Positions 12,601 to 27,862 of a stretch of 64,000 nt of DNA are shown piece by piece. The first letter of the stretch is position 1. Each line of letters opens with the position of its first letter. Position numbers and translations under genes: made by a program. Origin of the DNA: Eledone cirrhosa (lineage: Eukaryota); contig OZ024740.1 in NCBI GenBank assembly GCA_964016885.1, positions 143,592,001-143,656,000 on the forward strand, written 5' to 3'. Under the pieces are notes generated by a model. That model made no database searches. It was not told where the DNA came from and was given only the letters and a program-made list of their open reading frames with translations.

Positions 12601-12739
12601 GAATCATACAATCTACGCTTCAGATGTAGAGAAAAACCCTTGTTATCAACAAATATTTCAGTGTTACCTCTTTTCTCACTATTACCTCAGACAAAGAAGA
12701 ATCCATCTTTAAAAATTTATAAATAAATTTTTTTTAATG

Positions 12740-15164
12740 AAATCATCATCATCATTTTACGTCCGCTTTTCCCTGCTTGCAAGGGTGGGACGGGTCTTAT
12801 TCAGCACAGCATCTCTCCACTCGTCACGGTCCCTCGTCATCTCCACAGTGAGCTTCAATGATCTGAGGTCTGTTCTCACCACCTCCGCCCATGTTTTTCG
12901 TGGTCTACCTCTACCACGTCTTCCTTCAACTGGCATTTCCTGGCACTTCTTCACCCATCGGTCATCCTCCATGCGCATCACATGTCCATACCACCTCAGT
13001 CTCCTCTCCCGTACACTACATTCTATCCCTCTCAGACACAGTTTCTCTCTCAACACATTTATGCTGGGTCGTTCACGCACATTTACACTGCACATCCAAC
13101 GGAGCATGCTTGCCTCATTTCTCTCCAGCCGTCGCATATCCTCTGCGGTTGCTGCCCATGTCTCACTACCATGCAGCATCGCGCTCCTCACACAGGCATC
13201 ATACAACCGGCCTTTCGTACGCAGGGAGAAACCCTTCTTCGTCAACAGAGGAAGCAGCTCCCTAAACTTCTTCCAACCCGTCCTTATTCTAGATACTATG
13301 GCCTCGGAACACCCTCCTCCCATGCTAATCTGATCTCCTAGGTACCGGAAGCTATCCACCACTTCTATAGCGCCCTCTCGCATTTGAAAAATGTGTCTAT
13401 CAGTGCAACTTCTACTGTCTAATTTCCCTATACACCATATATAGCCTGATTGATGATGCGTGCAACCAGTTTAGTGCCTACGTCCCCTGATGCCTTCAGC
13501 ATCTCAGCAACTATTCCCGATGGTCCGGCCGCCTTACCATTTTTCATTTCCCTAATCGCCTCTTGGACCCTATATTCGTCAATCTCAATAGCTGGTCCCT
13601 CTGTCGGATCTACCAAGGGTAATTTTTCTCTCTCCCATTCGTTCTCCACATTCATCAGTCTCTCATAATGACATTTCCAGGCCTCCTTTTTCTGGTCATT
13701 CGTGACACTAAGTACACCGGCATCATCCCGGACACATTTATCTCCAACGACATCCTGATTTGCATTGACACACTGCCTTGCAATGTGGAACACCGCACGC
13801 CTCTGATCTTCCCGTCGCAGAACATTGGCAAACCTCCTACTCTCTGCCTCCCTGTGTGCTAAGTACACCTGACGTCTAGCTTCTCTCTTAGTGGCTGTAT
13901 ATTCTTCCCTACTCCCACCATTTTTCCAAGCCTTCCATGCTAGTCTTTTGTCTCTAATAGCCTTATCTACTGTGCTGTTCCACCACCAGGTCACTCTCTG
14001 TCTGGTTGGAGCTCTGCTCCAGCCACAGGTTTCATCAGTAGCCTGCAGCAAGTTGTCACGTAAGAACTTCCAGTTGTTATCTATGTCATACGTCTCTAAA
14101 TTGTCTTCTTTTTCGTCATATACATCTTGAAGGGCTTTCCTAAATTTGTATTTTAGTGAAAGGTCTTTTAGCTTCCAGACCTTTCTTCTCCACACCTTCC
14201 TATATGTCTCATTCCATCTCTTGCTTACTGAGATATCACTAACAACTAACCTATGCTGTGGGGTACATTCTTCCCCAGGGTATGCCTTGGTATTAGACAC
14301 TATCTGCCTGTCCCGCTGCCTAACTAGCAGGAAGTCAATCTGGCTTATGTGCTCACCAGATTTGTAGGTTATTAGGTGATTGGCAGGTTTCTGGAAGTTT
14401 GTGTTGCAAATAGTCAATGTACTCGCATCACAAAATTCAAGAAGTCTCACTCCTTCTTCATTTCTTGAACCGTAACCGTGTCCACCATGTACCCCAGTGT
14501 AACCATCCTGGAGCTGTCCAACATGATCATTGAAGTCTCCTGCTAGCATAACGATGTCTCCGTCCTCTGTCATTGTGGTTGTTTGCAAAAGTTGCTCATA
14601 AAAGCAGTCTTTCTCATCTTTGCCTAGGCCTGCTTGGGGAGCATAGACCGAGATGATTGTCAGTAGTCTCCTACCTACAACTAATCTAAGCTTAATTATT
14701 CGATTACTAACTCGAACTACCTCTATTGTCTTATTGATCCATTTCTCAGCCAGGAAAATGCCTACTCCCCCTAACTCATCATCATTACCTACCCAGAATA
14801 GCTTATAGCTAAGACGCTTGCCTACAACTAGTCTCGCAGAGGCACCTCTCCATCTCACCTCTTGCACGCAGCACACATCCACCTGCCTTCTCTCCAGCAT
14901 CTCTGCTATTTCAGCAGATCTACCTCTGAGAGTGCCAACATTAAGTGTTGCAACTCTGAGATGCGACGTCTTCATATTTTCCTATGCTGTTTTGTTGCTG
15001 TGCTGATAAGCTTTTTGGCATTGATACACTGGTTGGATGCCCTTACTAACACCAGCGCCACTTTACAGCATGGACTGGGTGCTTTTATTTGTGCCACCAG
15101 CACTAGAGAGGATGTCTTACTAGACTCAAGGGCCCTCTCTACCCCTCCATTTTACAGCAGGGTC

Positions 15165-15165
<1 letters not shown>
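12740..15165 (-). mobile_element. RTE LINE with intact APE endonuclease ORF but deleted RT core
   Basis: ORF 13428-14975 (TLNVGTL, QEVRW, YAPQ, GDFNDH, QIDFLL, TPQHRLV) joins at ~13430 to the C-terminal ORF 12757-13383. (tga)n tail. Confidence 0.92.
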
Positions 15166-15198
<33 letters not shown>

Positions 15199-15989
15199 TA
15201 TTGACACAACTCACACACCAATACTCATGCATACAAACCACAACCACACATACCAACACTCATTCATGCATACAATCACACACACCACTCTCAAACACTC
15301 TCAAACTCTCAAACACATATATATATATACATATATTACCGACAGTACTGATACAAATACTGAAATAACTATTTAAAAGATCTTTTGTTTACTCTACGTT
15401 AACAGGGCAGAGATCAAGGAATTTCAGTAATTCTTTGTTTGCAAATAATCCAAAAGAAACTGTTCTCAAAATAAAACAATGCCAAGGGTGAGACAAAACA
15501 TGTCTGGTTGACTAAAAAAAATAAGATCATTATCATCATCATTTTATGTCTGCTTTTCACGCTGGCGTGGATTAGGCAGGTTGTCGTAGTCTGAGACCAG
15601 ATGGGTCAGAACAATCAATCTTGCTTATTACATTCCATATTTGGTTTGGTTTCTACAGTTTGATGCTCTTCCCCTTACATGGTGTACTGGGTGCATTTTA
15701 TCATGGCACCAGTGCTGTCCTCTCAAACCTTATCTTTGTCTCTGTTCAATTGCCAAACACTTTTAGTGTCGCAGTGCTTGTGCTGGTGAACAACTCTTTT
15801 GTATTATAGCATATCTCCAGTCAGCTTGGTTGTTCATTATCTCCTTAGTGGAGAGTTTTCCTTGGTCTCCTTCTTCAAGCCCTTGGCACTTTTTCATACA
15901 ATTCTCCTTTTCCTTGTTCATTGCATTCATCACATGATGCTTAGCCTAGTGACCTTTACGTTGTTTGAAGCACATCTAGAATGCTTCTT

Positions 15990-16880
15990 CCAAAATGGCT
16001 CTCAGCTTCACCGTTGTAGTTTGCATGATATCCTCTCAGCTTTCTAAGCAAGAGCTTTTAAGTAGCATTTTTATTTTGGGAAACACCAGAAGTCATAAGG
16101 AGCTATATCTAGAGAGTAGGGAGCATGATAAATGAGCGAAATGCTTTTCTTGGCCAAGAAACCTCAAATCAGCTGTAATTAATTTATCAAGATGTTGTCA
16201 TGATGCAGTTGCCAGTTTTGTGAAACCTGTAGATCAAAGTGTCTTGCTCCAAACTGCATTATTAATATGTCAGAGGACTTCCTGATACAACTCCTTTGTA
16301 ACTGTTTGTCCTAGTATGTATTCATGATGTACACTGCCCCAGTAGCCAAAGAAAATAGTCAGCATCACTTAATTTTGCTTCACACCTGATATGCTTTTTT
16401 GGGCCTTGGCAACATTGGCTGCTTCAATTGTGATGACTGAACTTTGGATTCCAGGTTGTACCCATATGCTCATATCTCGTCTCTAGTTATCACAATATTC
16501 AGGAACTCAAAATCCTTGTTAGCAGTATCCAGCAGGTCCAGTGCAACTTCAAGATGAAGTTTTGTTGCTCCCGAGAAAGCAACTTGGGCACAAATTTTGC
16601 TGCTATTCTGCACATGACCAAATCCTTTCTTAAAATTGCATATGCAGAATTTTTACTGATCACAGCCTTCATCACAAATTTCCCACACTGTCAAATGATG
16701 ATTCTTCATTATCAAGTTCTGCACTTTCTCAATAATAACTGCCTTTCGACCTGTTCTACCATTAGTAACCTGCATGTTGAATTTTACAAATTATTTCTGC
16801 TTGGATATATTTTGGAGAAAAATTTGATACAAGCTCATTGCTGTTCTGTCAGCATGAACAAAATTGAAATGGCTCAACAA
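15990..16880 (-). mobile_element. Degenerate mariner transposase
   Basis: Minus strand ~16080-16125 reads HAPYSLDIAPYDFW (mariner YSPDLAP-D motif). Confidence 0.7.
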
Positions 16881-17042
16881 AAATCATGCAGCTCCATTTT
16901 GCATGCTTTTGTCTCCCTAACATCACTACTTCTCACAAGAAAAAATAAGTGTGATATGGTTTTGACAAACATTACATATAGTTTCATAATATTCATACAA
17001 ATTTTGATAACTCATTTTGTTATTCATTTTTGTTAATTTCAG

Positions 17043-17110
17043 GTCACTGCAAAGACATAAGGAATGCTTAAAGACTTTTTAAATAAAGACTTTTTAAATA
17101 ACTGTGTTTT
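17043..17110 (+). other. Candidate non-coding terminal (3' UTR) exon of the Ig gene
   Basis: Donor G|gtatgt at 11261, 19 nt after the stop. Acceptor ttttgttaatttcag at 17042. AATAAA at 17082-17087. Confidence 0.4.
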
Positions 17111-17192
17111 AGTTACTCTCAATTCTTGAATAATCTGGTATGGGTGTCCCGTTTACTTGTTCCAGCCATCCGGCTGAGGCGACCGCAGATTA

Positions 17193-17296
17193 TCTATATC
17201 TATATACTACTAAAACTCTGTGATTGCTTGCTTGCCTGTAATACATTACAAAAAAGCTGAAGTGAACGTGACCCAACGGTTCACGGGTGGTCTAGT
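17193..17296 (+). mobile_element. Miniature Helitron-like element
   Basis: a|tctatat 5' end, (gctt)n, subterminal hairpin gtgaac...gttcac, ctag|t 3' end. Confidence 0.55.
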
Positions 17297-17919
17297 ATAA
17301 TATAAAAGAGAGATATTTATTAGTTGGTTGAATCACACAAAAACTACACATACATCTAAAGAAAGAGAGAGATAGGCCATTATACAGTGAGAGATACAAG
17401 TGTTAAATATTCAGAGAGAGAGAGTGACATCCCACAAAAGTATAGAATCGGCTTAAACTATAGATGCTTTGATCCATAAGAAGGTTTAACAATATTGCAT
17501 TAGCTTTTATAAAGTAGTTTTACAGTCTTTGATTTTACAGAACAAAGAAAAATTGATATTTGAAATTAATCTACCCTCCAGCTTGTATCCATATACTACT
17601 TACAGTCTGTACTAACGGAGCAACACTTCAGAAGCAATGGTGCGTTTCAGATGACGTCCTTTGGAGCTGAAAAAGATCATACTGACTGGTTATTTCACAT
17701 TTAAAATCCAAGGCCAATGCTACCATTTAATCAGCAGTTTACTCCTCCATCTAATCCATGCTAGCGTGGAAGAACGGACGTAAAACGGTGATGATGATGA
17801 TGATGATCTACACAGTTTTGGTTACTAATTATCATCTGCAGTAGCATTTAATATCCACTTTCCATGCTTGTGTTGGTTAGACAGATTGTCACGTTATGAG
17901 ACAAGACAGGTCAAGTAAC

Positions 17920-18560
17920 CAGGACTGGATTTAGACCATGGGGGTACCCCCTTCCTTACACAAAATGCAAAAAACTGACCAATAATACATAAATATAATA
18001 GAGATACATACATAGACATTAAATGGAAATATACATAATATATACACAATAGGTAAATGTTAAATATTATATATAAATGTAGACATATTAGTGTCAGAGC
18101 TGGTACAAAGATTTTCGCATATATGTACTAGAGGTTTTGGCCAAAGCGTATCAAACCACCATAATGTGGTTAAATGCATCTATCAATGAAAATCTATCGT
18201 TGCCTAAACTAAGTACAGTAAGTTATATCTACATATTCAGAACACTGCTCTCTACATCCTGTAGGGAGAGAGCACTTAGTATTTTGTGGGTCATAATGAT
18301 TGTCAGTTAAATCTTTATGAGTGCTAATTTGCTGAATGATCTCTCTCCTGAACTCTTTACTATCAAATATATCATAAGAACTATATCAACACTTGGAAAG
18401 GTATCAGCAAGCCAATCATAGAGTAACACTGCCTGTTGAGATGGCATGAGACATGACCTGAAAGTTTTAATCAAGGAATTGAATATATTTTAACCATAAA
18501 CCCTGTAATTTTGACATGTACTATATTTCTAATCTGAAGAGAATGATGCATTCATCCCAC
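17920..18560 (-). mobile_element. hAT transposase C-terminal (dimerization) remnant
   Basis: Minus strand PSVDIVLMIYL...SGERSFSKLALIK...LSALSL, and a caggactggatttag terminal motif. Confidence 0.65.
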
Positions 18561-18660
18561 AGAAAGATGAGCCTTTGTAATTTAAACTTGTATAAGGAAG
18601 AAAAAAGGGAATAAAAAGAAAATTTATTGTATATAAACTTTGTTGCACTTACTGACATTA

Positions 18661-18998
18661 CATCATCATCATCATTTTACGTCTGCTTTTCTCTGCTTGC
18701 AAGGGTGGGACAGGAACTGATTCTGGCTTGATTTCTACAGCTGGATGCCCTTCCTAACACCAACCTCATTTACAGTGAGTGCTGGGTGCTTTATTGCCAT
18801 GGCACCTCCAAGACCACTTTGCAGTGGAATGATATGGACCCCAGTCCCTATCATCTCATTTCTACAGCTGAGTAAACTGGAGCAATGTGAAATAAAGTGT
18901 CTTGCTCAAGGAAACAACACATCACCCAGTCTGAGAATTGAACTCACAACCTTATGATTGCAAGGCCAATGCTCTAACCACTAAGCCATGTGCCTCCA
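18661..18998 (-). mobile_element. tRNA-derived SINE with RTE-type 3' tail (family 1)
   Basis: A box TGGCTTAGTGG, B box GAGTTCAATTC, tail ccacccttgcaagcag..gacgtaaaa(tga)n. Confidence 0.88.
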
Positions 18999-19616
18999 TT
19001 ACACATGTTTAAATTTTAGAATATAGGCCTTGTTTTGAGCAAAGTATGAGATTTCTAAAAAAAAACATCCCTAAACTAATAAAAAATGAAAATCTGCAGT
19101 TCAAACACAGCATCAAAGTTTCAAATCCTTTTGAGAGATGTCTGGGAGAAATAGAGACAGATTTACCACAGTATTTAAGTAGTTTATTCTCACCTCCACT
19201 CTAGAAGAGAGATTTTTCAAAGTTCTTTATACGTTCATAGCAGACAGTTCTCCATTTTCCAGTCAGCAGCTAGGGCTTCAAACGAAGTAAGATATGTTCC
19301 CTGATTTAAAATTGTACTTCAGTTTGTCTTTTTATCTGAATAATAGTCTGCTTACATTACTTGCACCATTATGAAGTTGACTGTATAACAGTACCTTGGG
19401 TGTGCTGTCGTCAATCATACATAGAACATGACCAGCCCATATATATATATGTGTATAATCATTGATATATATGTATACTGAACCTTAAGGACATTAAAGC
19501 ACATGTATATAGAGTGGGTCTGCAGTGCTGAGACCGGGGAGTCCACTAATCATGAGAGTGTATATATATATATTTATATTTGAAAAGGGAGTAAGGTTCT
19601 ATACAAAACAGGTTAT

Positions 19617-20062
19617 AGAGAAAAAGTAGGATTGGAAACAGCACAGGAAATAAATTTAAAGAATCTGGGTTTTTTTTACTTCTTTGATCCGTCAATTTGA
19701 AAAATGAGAACAATTTGAAAAAAAGGAGTTTTATAATGTATATAGAATATGACCGGTTCCGATGTATTGTAATATTGAATATTACAATTTAAAAGTAAGT
19801 GTTGAAGAAGGTCTGTTCATTTTTCTTGTTGGAAAGATGAAGAGACCTTCAAAACTTAATTTTTAATTGTAATATTCAATATTTGATAAGATGGATTACA
19901 TAGATACATCGAAACCGGTAATATTTTATATATTCTATATACATTATAAAACTCTTTTTTAAAAGAATTGTCCCTCTCATTTTTTCAATAATGACGGATC
20001 TAAGAAGAAGAAAAAAAACAGATTCTTTAAATATATTTTCCGTGCTTTTTCCAACCCTACTT

Positions 20063-20068
<6 letters not shown>
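19617..20068. repeat. ~450-bp imperfect palindrome (foldback/MITE-like)
   Basis: Arms agagaaaaagtagg...gaaggtct and agaccttc...cctactttttctct are reverse complements throughout, centre ~19828. Confidence 0.85.
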
Positions 20069-20113
<45 letters not shown>

Positions 20114-20116
<3 letters not shown>

Positions 20117-21318
20117 ACTAAAGTTCTAGTTTGTAAGAAATAAAATAAGGCGGCGGTCCCTTCCGGGAAGTGGCCATGCTCAGTGTGTAGGAAAGGCGTA
20201 GGTAGAAACTCCATTTTGTGTCCCAAATGCAAAGTATGAGTGCATAAAAGATGTAGTGGGATCACAGGTAAGCTAACTAAGAACATAGATTTTACATGCG
20301 GCTGGTGCAATAAGTAGCAGCAAGTGCCCACAAAATACTAGCTCTTTCAACTGCGCAGAGGGTTCTATAGAAATAGTGGACAGCTTCCGTTACCTGGGTG
20401 ACAAAATCAGCAGTGGGGGAGGGTGCTCTGAAAGTACAGTAGCTAGAGTCAGAACTGGATGGAAAAAGTTCACAGAGCTTATACCACTATTAGCCGCTAA
20501 AGGGTTCTCCCTAAAAATGAAAGGCAGGTTGTACGATGCCTGCATACGAACAGCAATGTTGCATGGCAGTGAGACCTGGGCATTGTGTGCAGAGGATATA
20601 CGCAGACTAGAGAGAAACGAAGCTTGCATGCTCCGCTGGATGTGTAATAGTAATATACGTGAACGGCAAAGCATAAACGAACTAAGGAAAAAATTAGAAA
20701 TAAGAGGGATCAAATGTTGTTTACTCGAGAGAAGGCTACGTTGGTATGGTCACGTGATGCGCATGAAGGACGATAGCTGTATAACAAAGTGCAGGGCAAT
20801 AAAGATAGACGGTAGCCACGGAATAGGCAGACCCAGAAAAACCTGGGACGAGCTGATAAATTCCGACCTCACACACTTACACCTCACCAAGACAATGTCA
20901 CTGGACCGAGACCTTTGGCGGTACTCAGTAATAGAGAAGACTCGCCTTACCTAAATACAAAGTAAAACCTACTACAGTCAGTAGGCATCTCTAACAAAAT
21001 ACACCCCCACCCCATCCACACCGCCCCTTTCAATGTAAAGTTATGTTGGTGCCACAACATCCAGGCCGAAACAAATGAGATTGTGTAGTGTCACGTCAAA
21101 AAACACACAGTTCACGCTGTAATGTGGCCGTGTAGGCAACACGGTAAAAACCTCCCAGCCCCACTGTAAATGTGGTTGGTGTTAGGAAGGGCATCCAGCT
21201 GTAGAAAACCCGCCAGATAGTCCTATGTGAGCAAGATAATCACTCTTGCCTCAAGTGGGAAAACCCCCGTCCAAACCCATGCAAGCGTGGAACACGGACG
21301 TTAAACGTTGATGATGAT
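20114..21318 (+). mobile_element. 5'-truncated RTE LINE (PHD-like finger, C-terminus, 3' UTR)
   Basis: ORF 20376-20954 homologous to 12757-13383, ending gacgttaaacg(tga)n. Confidence 0.9.
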
Positions 21319-22139
21319 ATATATATAATGTGTATGTAGGTACACATTCTTAGTAGACAAGCCAGTATATTATATACACTCAACCTTAAATATCTTGTCG
21401 TTTAAGTGAAGTTTTGCTGAATTTTTGTGACAACACTGGTGTTATATACATTGTTAAAAACAACTCTTGTATGTCTAAAAGATAAAGTCAAATTATCACA
21501 AAAGATACATTCCCTCTAGTACAGAGCCATCCACATGTAGTAGGAATACCCAGTTGGAAATCTATGGTACACTGACTTTCATAGGTGGTTTATTTTCATT
21601 GAAGTGCATCTTCCCCCTTTAAATCAATGATAATTTCAATTAGATAGTGTTTATAATTTTCAAAAAAACAAATTAGTAAAAAGGAGACAAAGAAAAAATA
21701 AGAGGTGCCAAATTATCCATTTTGCAGGACTAAGCAATAATTTACTAGAAGGAGATGAAGAATTTAGACACAAAGCCAGAAATTCTGGGAAAAGGGAAAC
21801 TTAATTCAAAACAGCCCCAGTAATTGACTGATACTATATTTTATCAACCTCTGAAAGATTTGAACTTGGAATGTAAAGAGCGAGAACAAATAATGGTTTC
21901 TTTATTTATTTATTTATTTATTGTTTAATAATGCAAAGCATTTTGTCTGATGCGCTAATGATTCTGTCAATGTACTGTCTTAGCTATAAAGATGTTATAA
22001 TGTGTATAAATAATAGAATTATGTCCCTCTTTAAGAAAACAAGAATAGTATAAAAGTAAAAACCCAATTTATATAATAAATATGATTTTCAAAAGAAACA
22101 AATCAATAAAAATCAGTCAATGAAAAATAACAGAAAGCA

Positions 22140-22400
22140 CACTTAATGACAAACTACAACATAAAATGCTGGTATTGCCCTCTAAAAATGTTTGAGGCAA
22201 GCCAAGACAGCATTACTGAGAGTGATAGTGAGGCTAAGATGCTGGAATAGCCAAGTGTCCTTATGAACATCATCTGATAATTAACTGTCAACGGCCCAGC
22301 TTCCCTTAACATTCTCAAATGTTACAAGCTAAAAATGTCATTCACTGATAAATCACAGTATTTCAGTAATTCATTCTGTTTATGAAAAGATATAACAACA
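22140..22400 (-). mobile_element. CRE-like 3' fragment
   Basis: Shares gctggaatagccaag...ttatga.catca.ctgata with 6350-6480, and ELLKYCDLSVNDIF on the minus strand. Confidence 0.5.
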
Positions 22401-23189
22401 TTAGAAGATATTTCCTTGTGACTTTTATGAACAGTATAATACTTTTCAAATTGAAATGGTTGATATGTTATATTTGAAAACCCAGAGTCGACAGTTACAT
22501 GTGATATAAAGAAAATTAAAGATTTAATGAACATAAGTAATTTGAAATTGCTAATCAATATTAATTCTATTCTCCACCACAATCTGAAGTCAGTGATTAA
22601 TCAGATTGTAATAATACATGTCTATGTATTTAGTTTTGTTTTAGATCTTTTATCTAAAAATATTTTAATATATCTTTTGTAGTAACTTGTGTTTGGGTGA
22701 CACTTCATCTGTAGTAAGACTATCCAAGCAGTTAAATATTTAATAACTTTTGAGAGAGAAACACTTTAGAAATGTTTACCAGTATTATTAGGTTTCCATT
22801 AGCAGAAACTAACTTTTCTATATAATCATACATAATAGTTTAGAGAATGATCTAAAATAAGCTTTTGATTTATCTCATTGTTTAATCACTAATTTCAAAT
22901 TTTGTAGCTTTGGTTAGATGTTCTACATATTAAATGATAATATAATAATTTAAGAGTAAACCAGATTTATTAAAATTACAGGTTACTAAAATTTATTCTA
23001 AAAGAGTGATGCAGTAAAAATTAATGATTCAGAGCCTCACAGCTGAGATGACAAAAGGTTGAGGAAATGTGGTGATATCATTTAAGACAGATATGTCTAA
23101 CTAATACTATTGATGTAGTCATTCTTCTGTAGTAATACAGACATGTGTAGTTAAATGACATATTTGAAAGAATGATTTACCACAGTGAT

Positions 23190-24045
<856 letters not shown>

Positions 24046-24309
24046 TGAAATAATAGAAAAACAGAATAAGATATAAAAGATACTGAAAGTGAAGATTTAA
24101 CAGTGAAAATGTTACTACATTTCTCATTTCTAATGAATATATTAATAAACTGTAGATATAAATAAATATATTAATAAACTGTAGATATAAATCTTTAACT
24201 GAACAATTGAACTTTACTTTTTAATTTATTACAAAAATTACATCATACAATTTTGTTTAGTGTTTACATATTTGTAGACTACCGCTACACCTTCAGATAG
24301 TGTAGCATT

Positions 24310-24450
24310 ATATGGGTTACGTCCCTTTATGATCTGAGTTCAAATCCTGCCGAGGTTAACTTTGCCTTTCATCCTTACGGGATCAATAAAATAAAGTACC
24401 CGTAATACACTGGGTAATTGCTGGCCTTGTGCCAAAAGTAGAAACAATTA
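24310..24450 (+). mobile_element. tRNA-derived SINE family 2 (partial)
   Basis: B box gagttcaaatcc, core gcctttcatccttacggg.tc.ataaaataaagtacc. Confidence 0.85.
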
Positions 24451-25829
24451 TATATATTTCTGAGTGTATCTAATTTAGAACAGGTACACAGTATCTCTGC
24501 ATGTCATAAGAGGAAACTAAAGAGAGTTGGCCCCGGGAAGAGCATCCAGACATAAAACATTGCCATAAGTATGAAACCTGTCATGGAGCCCACATAGCTA
24601 AACTCTGCTCTAGAACATCACCAAATAGGAGTCACATGATCATTGGCAAGCTTGGTGCAGTTTTTTCTTCTTTAAAGATTGTTTTTAGTATTCATTTCCA
24701 AAACAAACTAGTCTCATGTACTTTTAAAATTTTCATTTGTAAGGCAAGTAGCAAACATGGAGAATTAAGTAGATGTATATCTTCCACTCATTTATTTGAA
24801 AATCTTTGAATATTTTCCATAATGCTGGCTCTATTCCTAGCTAATTTTGTAGCAATTGAATTTGTTACACTTTGAGAATTTCTTCGCCATCACTACAAAT
24901 TGTCCAACCCATACCAGCATGGGAAATGGACATAAAAATTATGATGATATTATAAAATATACTGTTGGTGGGTTATCACACTAATACATCACCTTTTCTG
25001 TGTAAAAATATTTATAGGTATATAAAATATTTCTTTTCATGGAATGAATTTTGACAATACAGCAACACATACTACTTGAATTTTGGTAAATACTAGATAT
25101 ATCAATGAAAAATGAATTGAACAAAATTATGAATGTAAAACACATGACGTAGTGCTTTTATCTCAACACAGGAGATTATGAATATAGATACTTTCTCATG
25201 TAAGGAATATTTGAAGCAACGTTTTTTGGTTGTTGAAGAGGATGATAAACACGACAAATACAATAATTTGGGTTAGATATATAAAGTTTGATGGTAGCAC
25301 TCACAAATGAATACAGTGTTTAAAAAAGGCTTCTGTGTTGTGCTGGAGAATCTTGTTTAATATGCTACATTGATTGCAAAGTGACAAGTTGTAGTCAGAC
25401 AGTATTAGCATCTGTGTGTTAAGGCCACAGGACAGCCTATTTATAATGATGGCTAGTCATTTTTGATAAATAACAGATAGTTCTAGGATATGTTCTCCTT
25501 CATAGGAATGGTGCTGTAAAATTTAGCCTCTGGAGAATTTATCTGTTGTCTTCTCTGTGAGGTCGCAGGTCACTTCTTGGTGGCCGTGTCTGTAAGAGAT
25601 TACCAGGGGAAAATATTTCTTTCGCTACATGTTGATAAAATTATTAGATTAGAGCACAGAAAAAGATCAAAATTCATTTAAAAAATTAGATATATCCATG
25701 AGAAAAAAGGAAAGTTTCCTCTAAACAACAAAAATTAAGTATTAAGCTGGCTGTGCTGTATTTGTCACATCCAAGATGTTGGCATTAATACAGTTAGCCT
25801 TCTCTATGTATGCATAAATCTAATTATGT

Positions 25830-26550
25830 GATTTATATGAGAGAATGATTTACCACAGATGTCAGTGATGTGGCTTCTCTCCTGTATGAATGCATTTGTG
25901 AGTAACAAGAATGATCCCCCACAGATATCAACAATATGGTTCCTCACCTGTATGAATACGCCTACGATTAGTTAAGTGACCAGTTTCAGAGAATGATTCC
26001 TTACAGATATCACAGTGATATGTATTTCCTCCTGTATGAATACATTTGTGTTATTATTTATTTTAAAGAATGATTTACCACAGATTTCACTGATATAATT
26101 TCTCATTTGTATGAATATGTTTGTGTTTAAACAGGTTACTTTTTCAGAGACGTATGTTTTATAAATATAACATTGGCATGATGATTTTCCTATCTCTATC
26201 GGTATGTCTTCTGAAAAGAAACAATCCTTTAAGTTTCTCATTGAATTAATTTTCATATAATTTCCTTTTCCTACCACAACATTTGGATGTTTTTCTTGTT
26301 TTCTTTTTTATATATTCCTACAGTGATGGAAATATGTTTATGAATTGTGTTCTTTGTCGGTATCTGAAGATGTTTGCAAACTACTTTGTAAATCTATCAC
26401 AGTTCAATTAAAATGCAAAATCATTTTGAACTGTAAGAAAAGAAATGTTGCTTTTAACCTCAGTTTAGAAAAATATTTCACAGTATTTCTACTAGAGATT
26501 TATATACCTGTCGTGTATAGCATCTTCTTAAAGTCTTCACAAGATGGTAT
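25830..26550 (-). pseudogene. Second, more decayed C2H2 zinc-finger pseudogene
   Basis: Frameshifted ICGKSF / HTGE remnants. Upstream leader homologous to 23700-23960. Confidence 0.8.
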
Positions 26551-26779
26551 GTATTAATAATTTCAGAATTTTGAACTTCTCAGAGGAAATGAGCAATGAG
26601 TGCAACAAGTGGTGAGATGTTTTGGAGAGGAGAAACCAAAGCCATGGAAGCATGGAAAAGCAGACTTAAAAATGATGACAATATATACATGATTGGTTCC
26701 ATTGTATGGCACCTGGGGGAGGTATCTCCTACTATAACTCCACGATGACCAATGCTTTGAGAGTAAATTTGCTAGATAG

Positions 26780-27862
26780 AACTGCATGGGAAGAAATTAG
26801 TTTGCCCCAAGTCGACCCAACAGAGAAACCGGTTGTGCAAGTTAACAGTAGTATAGTAAGTAAGGCAATCAAGGATATGAAGACAGGCAAAGCAGCTGGA
26901 CTTTCCAGGGTAGTTGCCAATGGGTCACACCATAGTCACCTGTATTATAAACCAGGTACTACAAAACAGTGTCATAACCAATGACTGGCATAGCAGCACC
27001 ATTGTCAACTGCTACAAGGGCAAAAGAAATGCTCTAGACAGAGAAAACTATAGAGGCATTAAGTTAGTTGACCAGGTTATGAAGGTCACAGAAAGAGTTA
27101 TTGCACAGTTGATTAGGGACTGAATTAACCTAAATGAAATGCAGTTTGGATTTGTAAGGCAACTACAGAAGTACCTAGCTAAAAGCAAACCCATTTACTT
27201 AGCTTTTGTTGACTTGGAGAGAGCCTTTGACAGAGCATTCCGCTCCATTATATGGTGGGCTCTTAGAAAACTTGGTGTTGATGAATGGCTTGTGAGAGCT
27301 ATACAAGCCATGTATAAAGAAAACTAGGAGTAGATGAGTGGCTTGTGAAAGCCATGTATAGAGGGAAAGTCAGCAAGGTTTAGAATTAACAATGAATATT
27401 GTGAAGAATTTAGTGTAAAAGTAGGTGTTCATCAAGGCTACGTCCTTAGCCCCCTCCTGTTTATTATTGCCCTACAGGCTATAACAGAAAAGTTTAAGAC
27501 TGGCTGCTCATGGGAACTTCTATATGTAGATAATCTAATTCTCATAGCTGAATCTGTGGCAAAACAAGAGAAGAAATTCCAAACCAAATAAAGTTAACTT
27601 GTCTAGTATGTAGAAAGGAAAATAGGGCCCAGATTCCCTCTGGGAAATAGCCTTGTTCAATACACAGGAAAGGAGTAGGTAGAAATTCCATTCTATGTCC
27701 CAAATGTAAACTATGGGTACATAAAAGGGGTAATGGGATCACAGGCAGGCTATCAAAGAACAGGTTTATATGCAGCCGATGCACTAGTGCAGTAAGTAGC
27801 AAATGCCCACAGGATACTATCTCCTTCAACCTCCCAGATGGTTCTATAGAAATAGTGGACAA
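26780..27862 (+). mobile_element. Degenerate RTE LINE RT fragment
   Basis: KGKRNALDRENYRGIKL, AFVDLERAFD, Cys-rich finger. Multiple stops. Confidence 0.88.

Noticed and set aside
12737-13341. Plus-strand ORFs of 119-198 aa (similar cases at 43488-45290 and 53095-53658)
   Set aside because: Antisense shadows of LINE coding sequence.
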